Source: Octopus vulgaris
Taxonomy: Eukaryota
Reading direction: 5' to 3'
DNA length: 64,000 bases
Assembly: GCA_951406725.2 (NCBI GenBank)
Contig: OX597823.1
Span: forward strand, 15,438,001-15,502,000
Below are positions 1 to 11,830 of the stretch, piece after piece. Under the pieces are notes generated by a model. It did not search any database, was not told the origin of the DNA, and saw only the letters and a list, made by a program, of their open reading frames with translations. The translations under genes and the position numbers were made by a program. Position 1 is the first letter of the stretch, and each line of letters starts with the position of its first letter.

Positions 1-247
1 GCGTTTCGCATTGTTCTAACCTTCAAATGACGCCACCTCGCTGGTTAAGCGATCAGGCCAACAGAAGAAAGAGTGAGAGGAAGTTGTGGCGAAAGAGTAC
101 AGCAGGGATCGCCACCACCCCTGCCAGAGCCTCGTGGAGCTTTAGGTGTTTTTGCTCAATAAACACTCACAACGCCCGGTCTGAGAATCAAAACCGCGAT
201 CCTACGACTGCGAGTCCGTTGCCCTGACCTCTGGGCCATTATGCCTC
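1..247 (-). mobile_element. tRNA-derived SINE (family B head), runs off the window edge
   Basis: Reverse complement begins TGAGGCATAATGGCCCAGAGG...GGTTTTGATTCTCAGACCGGGCG, matching the Pol III A/B-box head of the copies at 20157, 35464 and 47585; the 3' part differs from them. Confidence 0.8.
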
Positions 248-257
248 AATATATATG

Positions 258-327
<70 letters not shown>

Positions 328-328
<1 letters not shown>

Positions 329-586
329 CGGAAAATTCAACAAAACCTGTTACTCTGAGTTTCACGTTCCCGTTCGTCGGACAGTTTTTGCTAGAATAGA
401 ACCGATATGTCAATTCCGAATTGACATATCGGTTCTATTCTTGCAAAAACTGTCCGACGAACGGGAACGTGAAACTCAGAGTAACAGGTTTTGAATTTTC
501 TGCTGCTTTAAATAAAGCATATTACTCTACCCCTGGAATTTGAGTACTCTTTTTTCCACCTTGTTTCACATTTATGTGTTTACTCC

Positions 587-588
<2 letters not shown>
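328..588. mobile_element. Fold-back Penelope-type terminal-repeat unit between (TA)n arrays
   Basis: Near-perfect inverted arms about 342-416 and 418-492, followed by an AATAAA-containing tail; (TA)n on both sides; each arm holds a hammerhead-like motif. Confidence 0.6.
450..487 (+). ncRNA. Minimal type-I hammerhead-like motif (core variant CCGACGA)
   Basis: Stem I CTGT/ACAG; core CCGACGA; stem II ACG-GGAA-CGT; GAAA; stem III CTC-A-GAG; GUA triplet. Mirror copy on the - strand at 347-384. Confidence 0.6.
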
Positions 589-621
<33 letters not shown>

Positions 622-625
<4 letters not shown>

Positions 626-775
626 GCTGTGTGGTAAGTAGCTTGCTTACCAACCACATGGTTCCGAGTTCGGTCCCACTGCGTGACACCTTAGGCAAGT
701 GTCTTCTACAATAGCCTCGGGCTGACTAAGCCTTGTGAGGGGATTTGGTAGGCGGAGACTGAAAAAAGCCCGTCA

Positions 776-834
<59 letters not shown>

Positions 835-862
835 GAAATGAGGTAATCAGAAGATCGGATGG

Positions 863-919
<57 letters not shown>

Positions 920-1120
920 ATATGTGTGTGTGTGTGTGTGTTTGCGAGTCTGTATTTGTCACCCTGACCATCACCTGACAACCGATGGTGGTGTGTTTAT
1001 GTCCCCTGTATCTTAGCGGTTCGGCAAAAGAGACCGATAGAATACCAAGAATAAGTCCTAGGGTCGATTTGCTCGACTAAAAGCGGTGCTCCAGCATGGC
1101 TGCAGTCAAATGACTGAAAC
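622..1120 (+). mobile_element. tRNA-derived SINE family A (internal TA/TG microsatellite)
   Basis: GCTGTGTGGTAAG...GGTTCCGAGTTCGGTCCC head and ...GGCGGTGCTCCAGCATGG...GACTGAAAC 3' body shared with about 10 other copies in the window. Confidence 0.8.
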
Positions 1121-1216
1121 TCCGAGTTACAGCTTATGTTATATTTCTGCTGCTTTTTATCAATCACAGCATTCCCAGAAACAGGGAATATGCAGGTGAT
1201 ATTGCCTTAAATAGTA

Positions 1217-1714
1217 ATGATAATGGGGGTGAATAGTATCGAATCCAGCGGTAGTTTTTACAACCATCATAGTAATAAGAACGCTGTATTAGTATCGGAA
1301 ACTAATCCCAATAGAATAAGGTTCTTATCAAATAACTCCAAAATTAGAAACGCCATTTACCAGTGCAGAATTTATGCTGGATCCGATGTCTTCCTCTATA
1401 TCGGCGCTACATCATCTAAATTAGCCACAAGAATATCGAACCATTTTTCCACGTTTAGGGATAAAAAGAAATAACACTCTACTGGGCTAAGCAAATTAGT
1501 CTGGCGTTTGAAGAACGCGAATTCAACTTTTAGGTTGGAATGGTCAATATTATCGGTGTCTTTACCGTTTGATAAGGGCAAAAAAATCTGTGCCCTATGT
1601 AATTCCGAACTCTTTCATATTCTGTTTGCCCGAGGCCGACTAATAAACTCGATTGTGGAGAGTTCTTTCAGATGCCCACACTGGAAAAAGCATACCTTTT
1701 TCTCATACCAATGA
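1217..1714 (+). pseudogene. Penelope-like element GIY-YIG endonuclease C-terminus (one in-frame stop)
   Basis: ORFs 1217-1474 and 1508-1714 share a frame: AIYQC...LYIGAT...RISNH (GIY-YIG), STGLSKLVWRLK, WSIL, CALCNSE...INSIVE..FRCPH, typical of PLE endonucleases. Confidence 0.8.
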
Positions 1715-2247
1715 AGTCTAATATAGATAACCCCTGGATTTCCTAAAAAAATTTGAAAGGTGATACCTCATCCCTGTTAGTATAAAAGACTTTCTCATAG
1801 TTGCCAAGAACTACTACCAATCCCAACAGTAACCTTGTATCTTGTCATTGCTATTGTGGCCGCCCTCTCCCTATTAAGTTGTCACATTCGAGCACACAGA
1901 CACAGTCTTTTCAGTTCTTGACCGTTAATTCTTGCTATCTCTCTCTCTCTCTGCCTTCCACACATGCATTCAATGACGCACACACACACACATTAAGGCA
2001 ATTTTACACACTCATACATTCGAGCACTCATTTACAGAATACATTCACACTCTTTAATTTTCCTATACCTTCCTTCTACTACCTTGATGCTGCCCTTGAA
2101 CTATGTCAACGGACAATTTCTTCTGCTTTCATCCAATCTGGCGTCAACCCCTATAAATAGACATTTTTTATCATTATTTTTATGGGCTCCTCGTGAGCAG
2201 TCGTCGAAAAGCTTGTTGTGCATTTTGTTGGAGAATTAAGTTCCTGG

Positions 2248-2333
2248 ATTTTCCTGAAGAGAAAGCTGCATAATGGACTCCTTATTCACTCGGAATTAGG
2301 GACTTTGCAGACTTCGAAACATATGTTGAAAAT
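2248..2333 (+). ncRNA. Type-I hammerhead ribozyme in the Penelope 3' terminal repeat
   Basis: Stem I ATTTTC/GAAAAT; core CTGAAGA; long stem II GAAAG-CTGCA...TGCAG-ACTTC; GAAA; palindromic stem III CATATG; GUU triplet. Confidence 0.8.
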
Positions 2334-2533
2334 AAAATAAAAGAATTTTGTTAAATCTTTGTTCAGCTTCATTCTTTCCTATACTTAATCTATAAAACTT
2401 CAAATTTCCGCACTGAGGCACGGATTTTATGCCCTATGGTCGTAACTTCAACCGTGCCCTTTCTGTTGTGAGTTTGCTACCTAGGTATCGGTTATCTTTC
2501 GAATTATCCGTAATAAGATAATTCATTTGTCTA

Positions 2534-2718
<185 letters not shown>

Positions 2719-2877
2719 GGCGCAGGAGTGGCTGTGTAGTAAGTAGCTTGCTAACCAACCACATGGTTCCGGGTTCATTCCCACTGAGTGGCATCTTGGG
2801 CAAGTGTCTTCTGCTATAGCCACGGGCCGACCAATGCCTTGGTAGACGGAAACTGAAAGAAGCCTGTCGTATATATG

Positions 2878-2967
<90 letters not shown>

Positions 2968-3162
2968 TGTGTCTGTGTGTTTGTGTGTCTGTGTTTGTCC
3001 CCCTAGCATTGCTTGACAACCGATGCTGGTGTGGTTACGTCGGCAAAAGAGACCGATAGAATAAGTACTGGGCTTACAGAGAATAAGTCCCGGGGTCGAT
3101 TTGCTCGACTAAAGGCGGTGCTCCAGCATGGCCGCAGTCAAATGACTGAAACAAGTAAAAGA

Positions 3163-3165
<3 letters not shown>
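2719..3165 (+). mobile_element. SINE family A
   Basis: GGCGCAGGAGTGGCTGTGTAGTAAG head, internal (TA)/(TG) array, AGTAAAAGAG tail. Confidence 0.85.
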
Positions 3166-3204
<39 letters not shown>

Positions 3205-3735
3205 TTACTCTTATATAAGACGTTATCTTTGGTACACTTTCACTACTTGAAACCTCCTGTCATATTGTGAATGTCATTTTGTGAATGAGGGAGTTTGTTG
3301 TTACTACTCTCATCTCCGTTTCTTGCCGGAACTCTTGACAAGTAGAGACCTAGTTCTGTTTTGAAGACGCCTACACCTGTATTTGACTGTGGTTTGTGAT
3401 TTAATAGAGACTTTGGTCGTTATTTCTAGCAGGCTGAACGATCATACAGAGACTTCTTGTTATAGATGTTGCTGCTGTTGTTGATGATGATGATGATGAT
3501 GATGACAATGACGATGATGACGATCTAAGAGTTGCTATTCTTTTGTTGGTGTTTTTGCTATTGTTTGTCTATCGATGTCTATCAAGACCTTGCGACAAGC
3601 TGTCACCTGTACAAAATTGTTCGTACATGATTTAATTATATGCTTTGTATGCAAGTGTGTGTATATAAAACACACACACACACACACACACACATATTTA
3701 TATATAAATATATATTGATATTTATATTTTATATA

Positions 3736-4418
3736 TATCAACAATTGAGGGTAAAATTAATTAGTTATTAATCAATTTCACCAAGTATTCAGTATGTAAC
3801 AGGACCATTTAAGGCGAATTCAAAATATTACATTATATAATTAGGGCTTAGTAAAATAAATTACTTTGCCACGGTCCTTTTACATACTGAATACTTGGTG
3901 AAATTGATTAATAACTAATTAATTTTACCCTCAATTGTTGATATTATAATTCATTTCTCTCTGTCATGTTGCCTCGGTTCTCACCGTTAAAATATAATGT
4001 TTGCTAGATAACCCACGTGGGTGGAAGGGGAGAGCAGGGAATCTTCGCTTGCACATTTTGAATTTGTTGGTACTGGCAGTCTGAACGGGTCATCTGAGGT
4101 GATAAGTCGCCAAAGGGTATGTTCTTTCTTTTTAGTGCTTCCAAATCCAAAATAAGAAATGTTGAGCTGACGAAAGAAATGCTGAGTTTATTTGGCTAAT
4201 CTAGAAACGTTAACGTTCTCAAATAATCTTTGTACTTGTGATATTTTTCTGTTTTTACCTCCATACCATCGTGAGTTGTTTTGAGTAAACATTATCTGAG
4301 AGAAATTTTCTTTAAGTAGTGGAAATGGCTAAAAAACTTTTTTAGCTGCTTTTTCTAGAAAGTTCAGTATGTGGCAAAGTAATTTATTTTACTAAGCCCT
4401 AATTATATAATGTAATAT
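3736..4418 (+). mobile_element. Non-coding Penelope-type unit with inverted partial copy
   Basis: Inverted pairs about 3736-3808/3872-3945 and 3826-3871/4371-4418; flanked by (TA)n-rich sequence; contains a hammerhead at 4162-4222. Confidence 0.6.
4162..4222 (+). ncRNA. Type-I hammerhead ribozyme motif
   Basis: Stem I TTGAG/CTCAA; core CTGACGA; imperfect stem II (GCTGAGT/ATTTGGC); GAAA; palindromic stem III CGTTAACG; GUU triplet. Confidence 0.7.
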
Positions 4419-4419
4419 A

Positions 4420-4434
4420 TTTTATATATATATA

Positions 4435-4487
<53 letters not shown>

Positions 4488-4536
4488 ACAAACACACACA
4501 TATATATATATATATACATATTGATATGTATATACA

Positions 4537-4576
<40 letters not shown>

Positions 4577-5230
4577 TATAGATATATATGTATATATATT
4601 TTATACATATATATATATATGCATATATATTTTATATATATATATATATACATATATATATGCATATATATTATATATATATATGTACACATATATATAT
4701 ACATACATACATATATATACATATATGTATATATATATTATATGTTATACAGTTATATATATATGCATGTGTTTGTGTATATATGTGTCTGTGTCTGTGT
4801 CTGTGTGTGCGTGTGTGTGTATGTATGTGTGGGTGTTGATAAGGTTACACACACACACACACATACACACAAGATCGAGATATCGATACATTCATACACG
4901 CATACACACATATACGTATGTACATATAAACGCAAAACTACATGTATATTAATGCATATTTATACATATATGTGTGTGTTTGTGTGTATGTGTATGTATG
5001 TATGTATGTATGTATGTATGTATGTATGTATGTATGTATGTGTGTATGTATGTATGTATGTATATCTAAGTGTGTCTGTCTGCCTGTATGGTATGAGTGT
5101 GTATGTGCTCTTGTGATGTGTGTGTGTGTACTTGCGCGTGTGAATGCATGCGCGTGTGAATGCATGCGCGTGTGAATGCATGCGCGCTTGTGTTTGCGTG
5201 CGCGTGTGCACGTTATGAGTGTGTTTGTGT
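4420..5230. repeat. Compound (TA)n/(TG)n/(TATG)n microsatellite
   Basis: Read directly from the sequence. Confidence 0.95.
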
Positions 5231-5561
5231 ATTAATAAGTATACGTATTCCAACCATAGTGAGTAATATTAAGAATCAATCAACTAAATTATTCCGATTA
5301 ACTAGTCCACCAATCAATAAACAGTCCTGGATCAGACTGACTCGCTGCCCTTATTGATACTGGTTTCTCATTTGAGCTCAAGATCGAGATATCGAGTACC
5401 ACACACGATTCCTGTATTTGTTGTTTATCAATAAACAGATCGCTAACTCCGTGGAGTCGGGTTCAGTCCCACGCGGCGGGTCAACCAGTGCGTTGTGCTT
5501 GAATTTGGTAGAGGGCAACTGTGGATGCTCAACTTATGCTTGTGGGTGTGTGTGTGTGTGT

Positions 5562-5851
5562 AACCTTGATTCGCAACGACATGGTCCCGGGTTCAGTCCC
5601 ACTGTGTGGCACTTTGGGCAAGTGCCTTCTACTATAGCCCCGGGCTGACCAATGCCTTGTGGGTTGATTTGGTAGATGTGTGTGTGTGTGTGTGTGTGTG
5701 TGTATGACTTTGATTCGCAACTACATGGTTCCGGGTTCAGTCCCACTGCGTGGCATCTTGGGCAAGTGTCTTCTGCTATAGCCCCGGGCTGACCAATGCC
5801 TTGTGGGTTGATTTGGTAGATGGAAACTGAAAGAAGCCTGTCGTATATATG

Positions 5852-5898
<47 letters not shown>

Positions 5899-6119
5899 CT
5901 GTGTTTGTGTGTCTGTGTTTGTCCTCCTAGCATTGCTTGACAACCGATGCTAGTGTGTTTACCTCCCCGTCACTTAGTGGTTCGGCAAAAAGAGACCGAT
6001 AGAATAAGTACTGGGCTTACAAAGAATAAGTCCCGGGGTCGATTTGTTCGACTAAAGGCGGTGCTCCAGCATGGCCGCAGTCAAATGACTGAAACAAGTA
6101 AAAGAGAGTAAAAGAGAAT
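5562..6119 (+). mobile_element. SINE family A with tandemly repeated 5' part
   Basis: Repeated TTGATTCGCAAC.ACATGGT.CCGGGTTCAGTCCC units at about 5567 and 5710, followed by a full 3' body. Confidence 0.75.
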
Positions 6120-6855
6120 ATATATACTTACATATAAGAGACCAAAGTGTACGTACGCTGCTATATATTTATATATAAAAAATACAAAAATAGGACAAGA
6201 ACGCGAAACATCCAGACAGCTAGGTAATACAAAAGAAGGGACAACAAAACCACATCCAGACAGACGAAACAAAGAAACCAAGGATGGGTCATTCGGAGTT
6301 TTCTTTCCTCAGTCGAGTTCCAGATTATCTTTGCAATTTCGGCTGGTTATACTCGAGATTGCTCCAACTTGGCCAGCCCCAAAGAAAAACTAAACTAAGA
6401 GCATTAGATTATTTGGAAGAAAGCAGCGAATGTATACGAAAACAAGAACGAAAGAAAACGGATTGCCGAATATTCTCTTTCTTTTTTAATTTAGAGCAGA
6501 TTTTGACCCGTCACCTACTTGGTACTAAGATTGTGAAGGATAGCAGCTTGCCTTCTTCATCATCCTTTAAATCCATAAAAGGTGAACAGTTTTAGTGTAT
6601 GTATGTATGTATGTATGTATGTATGTATGTATGTATGTATGTATGTATGTATGTATGTATGCATGCATGTATGTATGTATGTGAGCAGGCATTGCTGTGT
6701 GGTAAGACGCTTGCTTCCGAACCTATGGCTTCAGGTTCAATCCCACTTCTACTGTAGGCCCGAGCCGACCAAGCTTTGTGAGTGGATTTGATAAACAGAA
6801 ATTGGAAGAAGACCGTCGTAGACAGACAGACAGACAGATAGACAGACAGATAGAT

Positions 6856-7084
6856 AAGTTTCTTTATTGGCCACACAGGGCTGCACACAGATGGGACAAG
6901 TTACAAGGTAGAGCTTTTCTTTTGGGGGTTGAAAAAACACAAAAAACAAAAGAAAAAAAGGGGGGCGTAGGTTTTCGATCAAGAGGGATCGTAAAAGGGA
7001 AGAAAAAAACAAAGAAAAGATAATTAAATAAATAAAATAAAAAATAAAAAGAATAAAAAGAAAAAAAAGAAAAGGAAAAGGAAC
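6856..7084 (-). mobile_element. Short 3' end of a related L1/Tx1-type LINE
   Basis: Similar to 7361-7510 (TTTATT.GCCACACAGGGCTG...AGAGCTTTTCTTTT); abuts (GACA/GATA)n. Confidence 0.75.
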
Positions 7085-7360
<276 letters not shown>

Positions 7361-7362
<2 letters not shown>

Positions 7363-10322
7363 CTTTCTTTTATTAGCCACACAGGGCTGAATACAGAGGG
7401 GACAAATACAAATGCAGAGCTTTTCTTTTCGAGGGTGGAAAAAAATAAAAAATGTAAGATTGCGATCAAAAGGGATCGAGAGGAGGAAAAAAAAAGGAAA
7501 AAAAGGAAAATCGTGTATCACAGAAATAATGGTGTAAACATTGATATAACAAGATTGGGTTCATCCGTGGGAAGAAAAGCCTACAGAAAAGACCACGGGA
7601 ACCCCAGTCAGGGAGGAAATAAACACATGAGGTCAAAAATGCTCTCTTTCTTTCTTTTTTACGATCTACAGGATCATGCTCAAAATGGTTTCGTTACTAG
7701 CACGCACCATCTTTGCAACATTCACCCATCTTTTTTTGAATCTTTCGCGAGACAAAACTTCCCTCTCCATTCTCACCTTCCTTTTCAAGTGGTACTTGAA
7801 AAAGTTGATGAGCGATTGGCCAGAGAGGTAAGTGTTTGTCTCTAATCCTTTCGCTCGAGTCCACCACACACATTCTTTCACCATGGCCACCAGTACGATG
7901 AAAACTGCCTTGCCTTCCCGGTTGAGGGAAGGGGGCGGAGCAATTCTCACGATAGACTCGGCCGATAGGCGGATTCGTCCCACACGTGACAGCAGCCGTT
8001 CGGCATAAGCCCACAGGTCGGAAATGGTTGGACATTGCACGAGTGCGTGCAGAACGGTTTCGTCGCTCTGACCGCATCTCGGGCAAGTCGGTCCAGTGTG
8101 TCTGGAACCGTGTCTGTAGAGCTTATCCCGAACAGGTAATGCTTCTCGATAGCACTGCCAGGCCAGGGATCTTTGGTGATTGTTCATAGGTCCCGGCCCG
8201 AAAGTTGTCCTGAACAGGCGGGTCAGGTGTTCCTCGTCGACGCCCAGACTCTGCCCGAGTTCGTCGTCGCACCTCCCCTCCACTAATCCTCTATAGAATG
8301 CCTTTGTTGCGATGGAGTCGTACAAGTTCGATCCCGGACGGCAGAGTTGCTTGAGAGCAACGCGACACTCGCGGTGCCATTCGCCTAGCCTCGGTCTCTG
8401 CTTGATCCATGACTGTAGTTCGTCCAAGGAGACGAGCTGCGGGAAAGCGCGCCGCACAAAAGGCGACCACCCCTGTTCACCGTTGTCTATGAAGCGCCGG
8501 AGATGTCGCAGTCTCAGCGCATGTCTGCGCATCATCAACCACGGCATGCCCAGCCCTCCATTTAGCGGGTGTTGGCAGCAAATGGATCGCCTAACCATCG
8601 GAACGTTTCCCTTCCACAAGAAGCGGAAGAGTATGCGTTCCAGTTTGGTGATGGTAGGGTCGGGACAAGGCACGACGGTCAGACGATACTCGATGACGGA
8701 TGCGATGTACGCGTTCGCCACCTCCGCCCGACCTTTTAGGGATAGCTTTCTCTCAGTCCATTTCTGGGTGAGAGTAGCCACCCTAGTCGTTATCTCGCCC
8801 CAGTTCTTCTCCATTTGGAGGTCCGGACCGAACCAGACCCCGAGCAATTTAACCGGTCCGTCCGTCCAGCGTCCCACGATGGAGACGCTGTTGGACGGCA
8901 TGGGCTTGCTTCTCCAGGTGCCGAGCCGCAAGCCCACTGACTTTTCCCGGTTAATTTTTGCTCCCGTTACCGCTTCGTATTCTTTCAGTGTCTCGCCGAC
9001 CAGCTCGATGTGCTCGTAGCTCGACACTATGACGGTGACGTCATCCGCGTATGCAGACACGCTCCTCCCGCATCCCAGCTCTCGTGGGATGCCCCTCAGC
9101 GTCGCCAGTTTCCGCAGTAGTGGCTCAAGAGTCAGTACATACAGCAGCGATGAGAGGGGGCATCCCTGACGAACCGAACGCATGATGTTAAAAGGTCTGG
9201 ATAGATGACCATTTACGCGAACTACTGAGCGGATGCCGCTGTATAAGGCAGCGATCCAACCGCGGAAAACTGGACCGAAACCAGCCGCTTTGAGGACAGC
9301 CTCCAAGTAGTGATGGTCTACCCTATCGAAGGCTTTTGATTGATCCAAATTGATCAGCGCCCCACCCATGCCAGGATTTTTAACTACCCTGTCTATGATG
9401 TAGCGCATCAGATGGAGGTTGTCATGAATACTTCTACCCGGCACGGCGCATGTTTGCGCCTTGTCGATTAGTTTCTTGATGACAAGCGCCAACCTCTCGG
9501 CTAACACCTTGGCCAAAATTTTCAAATCTGCGTTGAGCAGAGTGATGGGCCTGAAATTATCTATGACGTCCCCCTTGTTTGGGTCTTTCTTGATCAGTGC
9601 CACTGCTCCTCGCTTTACAAAAGCAGGAATACTCCCGTTCTGCTGCCAGTTGCAGTAGACAGCTGCCAAGACGCCTCCAAACAAGTCTGGCATATGAAAA
9701 TAAAATTCGTAGGGCAGACCATCCAAGCCTGGTGACTTGTCTCTCGCGCAGCCTACCATCGCATCCTGTACATCCGCAGCTGTGATAGGCTTTTCACAAG
9801 ACTCCACCTCCCTTGCTGAGAGTCGTGGCAAGGCATGCAGGTAGGCACTAAAGTCCACTCTGCTTTCTGACTCACCACTTGTCCCAAACAGTTGGGTGAA
9901 GTGTTGTTGAAAAACCCCACACATCCTTTTAGGCTCGAGCAATTCGCGCCCCTGTTCATCTATAAGAGACTTGATGGTGGCTCTGTTGCCTCGTTGCGTC
10001 TCCACCACTCGGGCCTCTTGGGCGGCTCCAACTCCTTCGTTCCTCAGAGCACGCATCCTAGCTCTGACAACGCATCCCTCGTGTTTGGTGTTGAGGTGTT
10101 GGTCGAGGGCCAATCTCGCCGCCAGTACGTTGGACGCAATGCCAGTTCTAAGTGCCTCTTCTAAAACCTTAACTAATTCTCCCTCTATTCTATTTCGGTC
10201 TAATGCTAGGGCTCTACTGTATCTGACGGATTCTGCTTTAATCGCTTTTTTTGGGGGCATACCACCATCTGTTGTTGATGATGGTACCCGTCAAAGCTCT
10301 CTTAACTAATGTGCTGATCCGT
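7361..10322 (-). mobile_element. 5'-truncated L1/Tx1-clade LINE
   Basis: ORF2 plus about 300 bp 3' UTR ending AATAAAAGAAAGTT-(ATCT)n; ORF2-like coding continues to about 10322 through a frameshift (RISTLVKRALTGTIINNRWWY); no endonuclease domain present. Confidence 0.9.
7666..10260 (-). CDS. LINE ORF2 reverse transcriptase plus C-terminal CCHC (zf-RVT-like) region
   Basis: 864 aa open frame: KSPGLDGLP, FRPITLLNADLKILAK, LDQSKAFDRVDH, RQGCPLS, YADD, CPRC..ETVLHALVQC; the ATG is not the native start. Confidence 0.92.
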   Translation of the reverse strand: MPPKKAIKAESVRYSRALALDRNRIEGELVKVLEEALRTGIASNVLAARLALDQHLNTKHEGCVVRARMRALRNEGVGAAQEARVVETQRGNRATIKSLIDEQGRELLEPKRMCGVFQQHFTQLFGTSGESESRVDFSAYLHALPRLSAREVESCEKPITAADVQDAMVGCARDKSPGLDGLPYEFYFHMPDLFGGVLAAVYCNWQQNGSIPAFVKRGAVALIKKDPNKGDVIDNFRPITLLNADLKILAKVLAERLALVIKKLIDKAQTCAVPGRSIHDNLHLMRYIIDRVVKNPGMGGALINLDQSKAFDRVDHHYLEAVLKAAGFGPVFRGWIAALYSGIRSVVRVNGHLSRPFNIMRSVRQGCPLSSLLYVLTLEPLLRKLATLRGIPRELGCGRSVSAYADDVTVIVSSYEHIELVGETLKEYEAVTGAKINREKSVGLRLGTWRSKPMPSNSVSIVGRWTDGPVKLLGVWFGPDLQMEKNWGEITTRVATLTQKWTERKLSLKGRAEVANAYIASVIEYRLTVVPCPDPTITKLERILFRFLWKGNVPMVRRSICCQHPLNGGLGMPWLMMRRHALRLRHLRRFIDNGEQGWSPFVRRAFPQLVSLDELQSWIKQRPRLGEWHRECRVALKQLCRPGSNLYDSIATKAFYRGLVEGRCDDELGQSLGVDEEHLTRLFRTTFGPGPMNNHQRSLAWQCYREALPVRDKLYRHGSRHTGPTCPRCGQSDETVLHALVQCPTISDLWAYAERLLSRVGRIRLSAESIVRIAPPPSLNREGKAVFIVLVAMVKECVWWTRAKGLETNTYLSGQSLINFFKYHLKRKVRMEREVLSRERFKKRWVNVAKMVRASNETILSMIL

Positions 10323-10586
10323 CCTTCTTCAGTGTGCGTGTGCGGGGTTGGAACCTTCTGGAACCTTCTGGAAAGGCATAAGGAAGTTCCCTCATGCACA
10401 TGCGCTAGAGACTGGGGAAGAAATTCTATCGCCGTGTCTCAAGTCAACGACACTATTAAGGAACGCGATAGAATTTCTTCCCCAGTCTCTAGCGCATGTG
10501 CATGAGGGAACTTCCTTATGCCTTTCCAGAAGGTTCCAGAAGGTTCCAGAAGGTTCCAACCCCGCACACGCACACTGAAGGAGGAC
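10321..10586. repeat. Near-perfect fold-back palindrome
   Basis: Arms 10321-10431 and 10465-10586 with a 33-nt spacer; 10-bp unit GGAACCTTCT occurs twice on the left and three times on the right. Confidence 0.9.
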
Positions 10587-10862
10587 GTTCCGCACACGCA
10601 CACTGAAGAATGACGTTGCGTGTGCGCACATTGGAATATGACGTCACTACAAAGGCATTATTTGATTACAGCAGGATTTAAAATCAGGGTGTAAACGCTC
10701 TATCTAAATAAGACATTCTCGCAATTCTGTCGATCCTAAATTTTGGTCATGGATTAATCGATATAATAAAGTGCCAAACAGATATTTTAGTTTATCGACC
10801 CCAGAAAGATTGAATTCTAAATTGATTTCGGTGGGGTTTGAACTCAAAGCGCAAAGAGCCAT

Positions 10863-11080
10863 CCTCTTTTACTCTTTTGCTTGTTTCAGTCATTTGACTG
10901 TGGTCATGCTGGAGCACCGCCTTTAGTCGAGCAAATCGACCCCAGAACGTATTCTTTGTAAGCCTAGTACTTATTCTATCGGTCTCTTTTGCCGAACCGC
11001 TAAGTTACGGTGACGTAAACACACCAGCATCTGTTGTCAAGCGATGTTGGGGGGGGATACAAACACAGACACACAAACAT

Positions 11081-11150
<70 letters not shown>

Positions 11151-11292
11151 GACGGGCTTCTTTCAGTTTCCGTCTACCAAATCCACTCACAAGGCTTTGG
11201 TCGACCCGAGGCTATAGTAGAAGACACTTGCCCAAGATGCCACGCAGTGGGTCTGAACCCGGAACCATGTGGTTGGTAATCAAGCTACTTAC
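10863..11292 (-). mobile_element. SINE family A
   Basis: Reverse complement of the family A body. Confidence 0.85.
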
Positions 11293-11779
11293 TAGAATGA
11301 TAATACCTTCACATGTTGGCACAAGGCCAGCAGTTTTGCGGGGAAGGGGAGGTCAATAACATCTACTTTAGTACTTGCCTGGTACTTTATTTTATCGATT
11401 GCTAAAGGATAAAAGCAAAATTGAACCCAGGAAGTAAAGAAATAGAAAAAAATGTCACTAAGCGTTTTGTCCAACGCGCAAACGGTTCTGTCAGCTCGCC
11501 GCCTTAATAGCAATGATAAAAATAATTGTTTCTAGTTTAGACACAAAACCTGCAACTTAGAGGAGGGGATTTGTCGATTGCGTCGACCTTAGTACTTTAC
11601 TGGGGTCTTTTCTGTTTGGGCAGCAGTATTTTAAAATAATTTCCACGTAACTAAACACTTTTAAACTTCGTATAATGGTAGAACGTGTTTATAAAACATC
11701 TTTTTCTCTTGGCTTTATTGAGAAAATTCTATAGTTTGTAAGATATTTGTTGTTGTTTTTTCTTCGATGTCAAACATAA

Positions 11780-11830
<51 letters not shown>

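Noticed and set aside
6290-6390. Minus-strand hammerhead-like shape (GGCTGG/CCAGCC stem, GAAA, palindromic TTGCAA)
   Set aside because: The CUGANGA box reads TCTTTGG and there is no NUH site or stem I; at most a decayed relic
8312-9019. 235-aa plus-strand ORF
   Set aside because: Antisense shadow of the GC-rich LINE ORF2 with no recognisable motif
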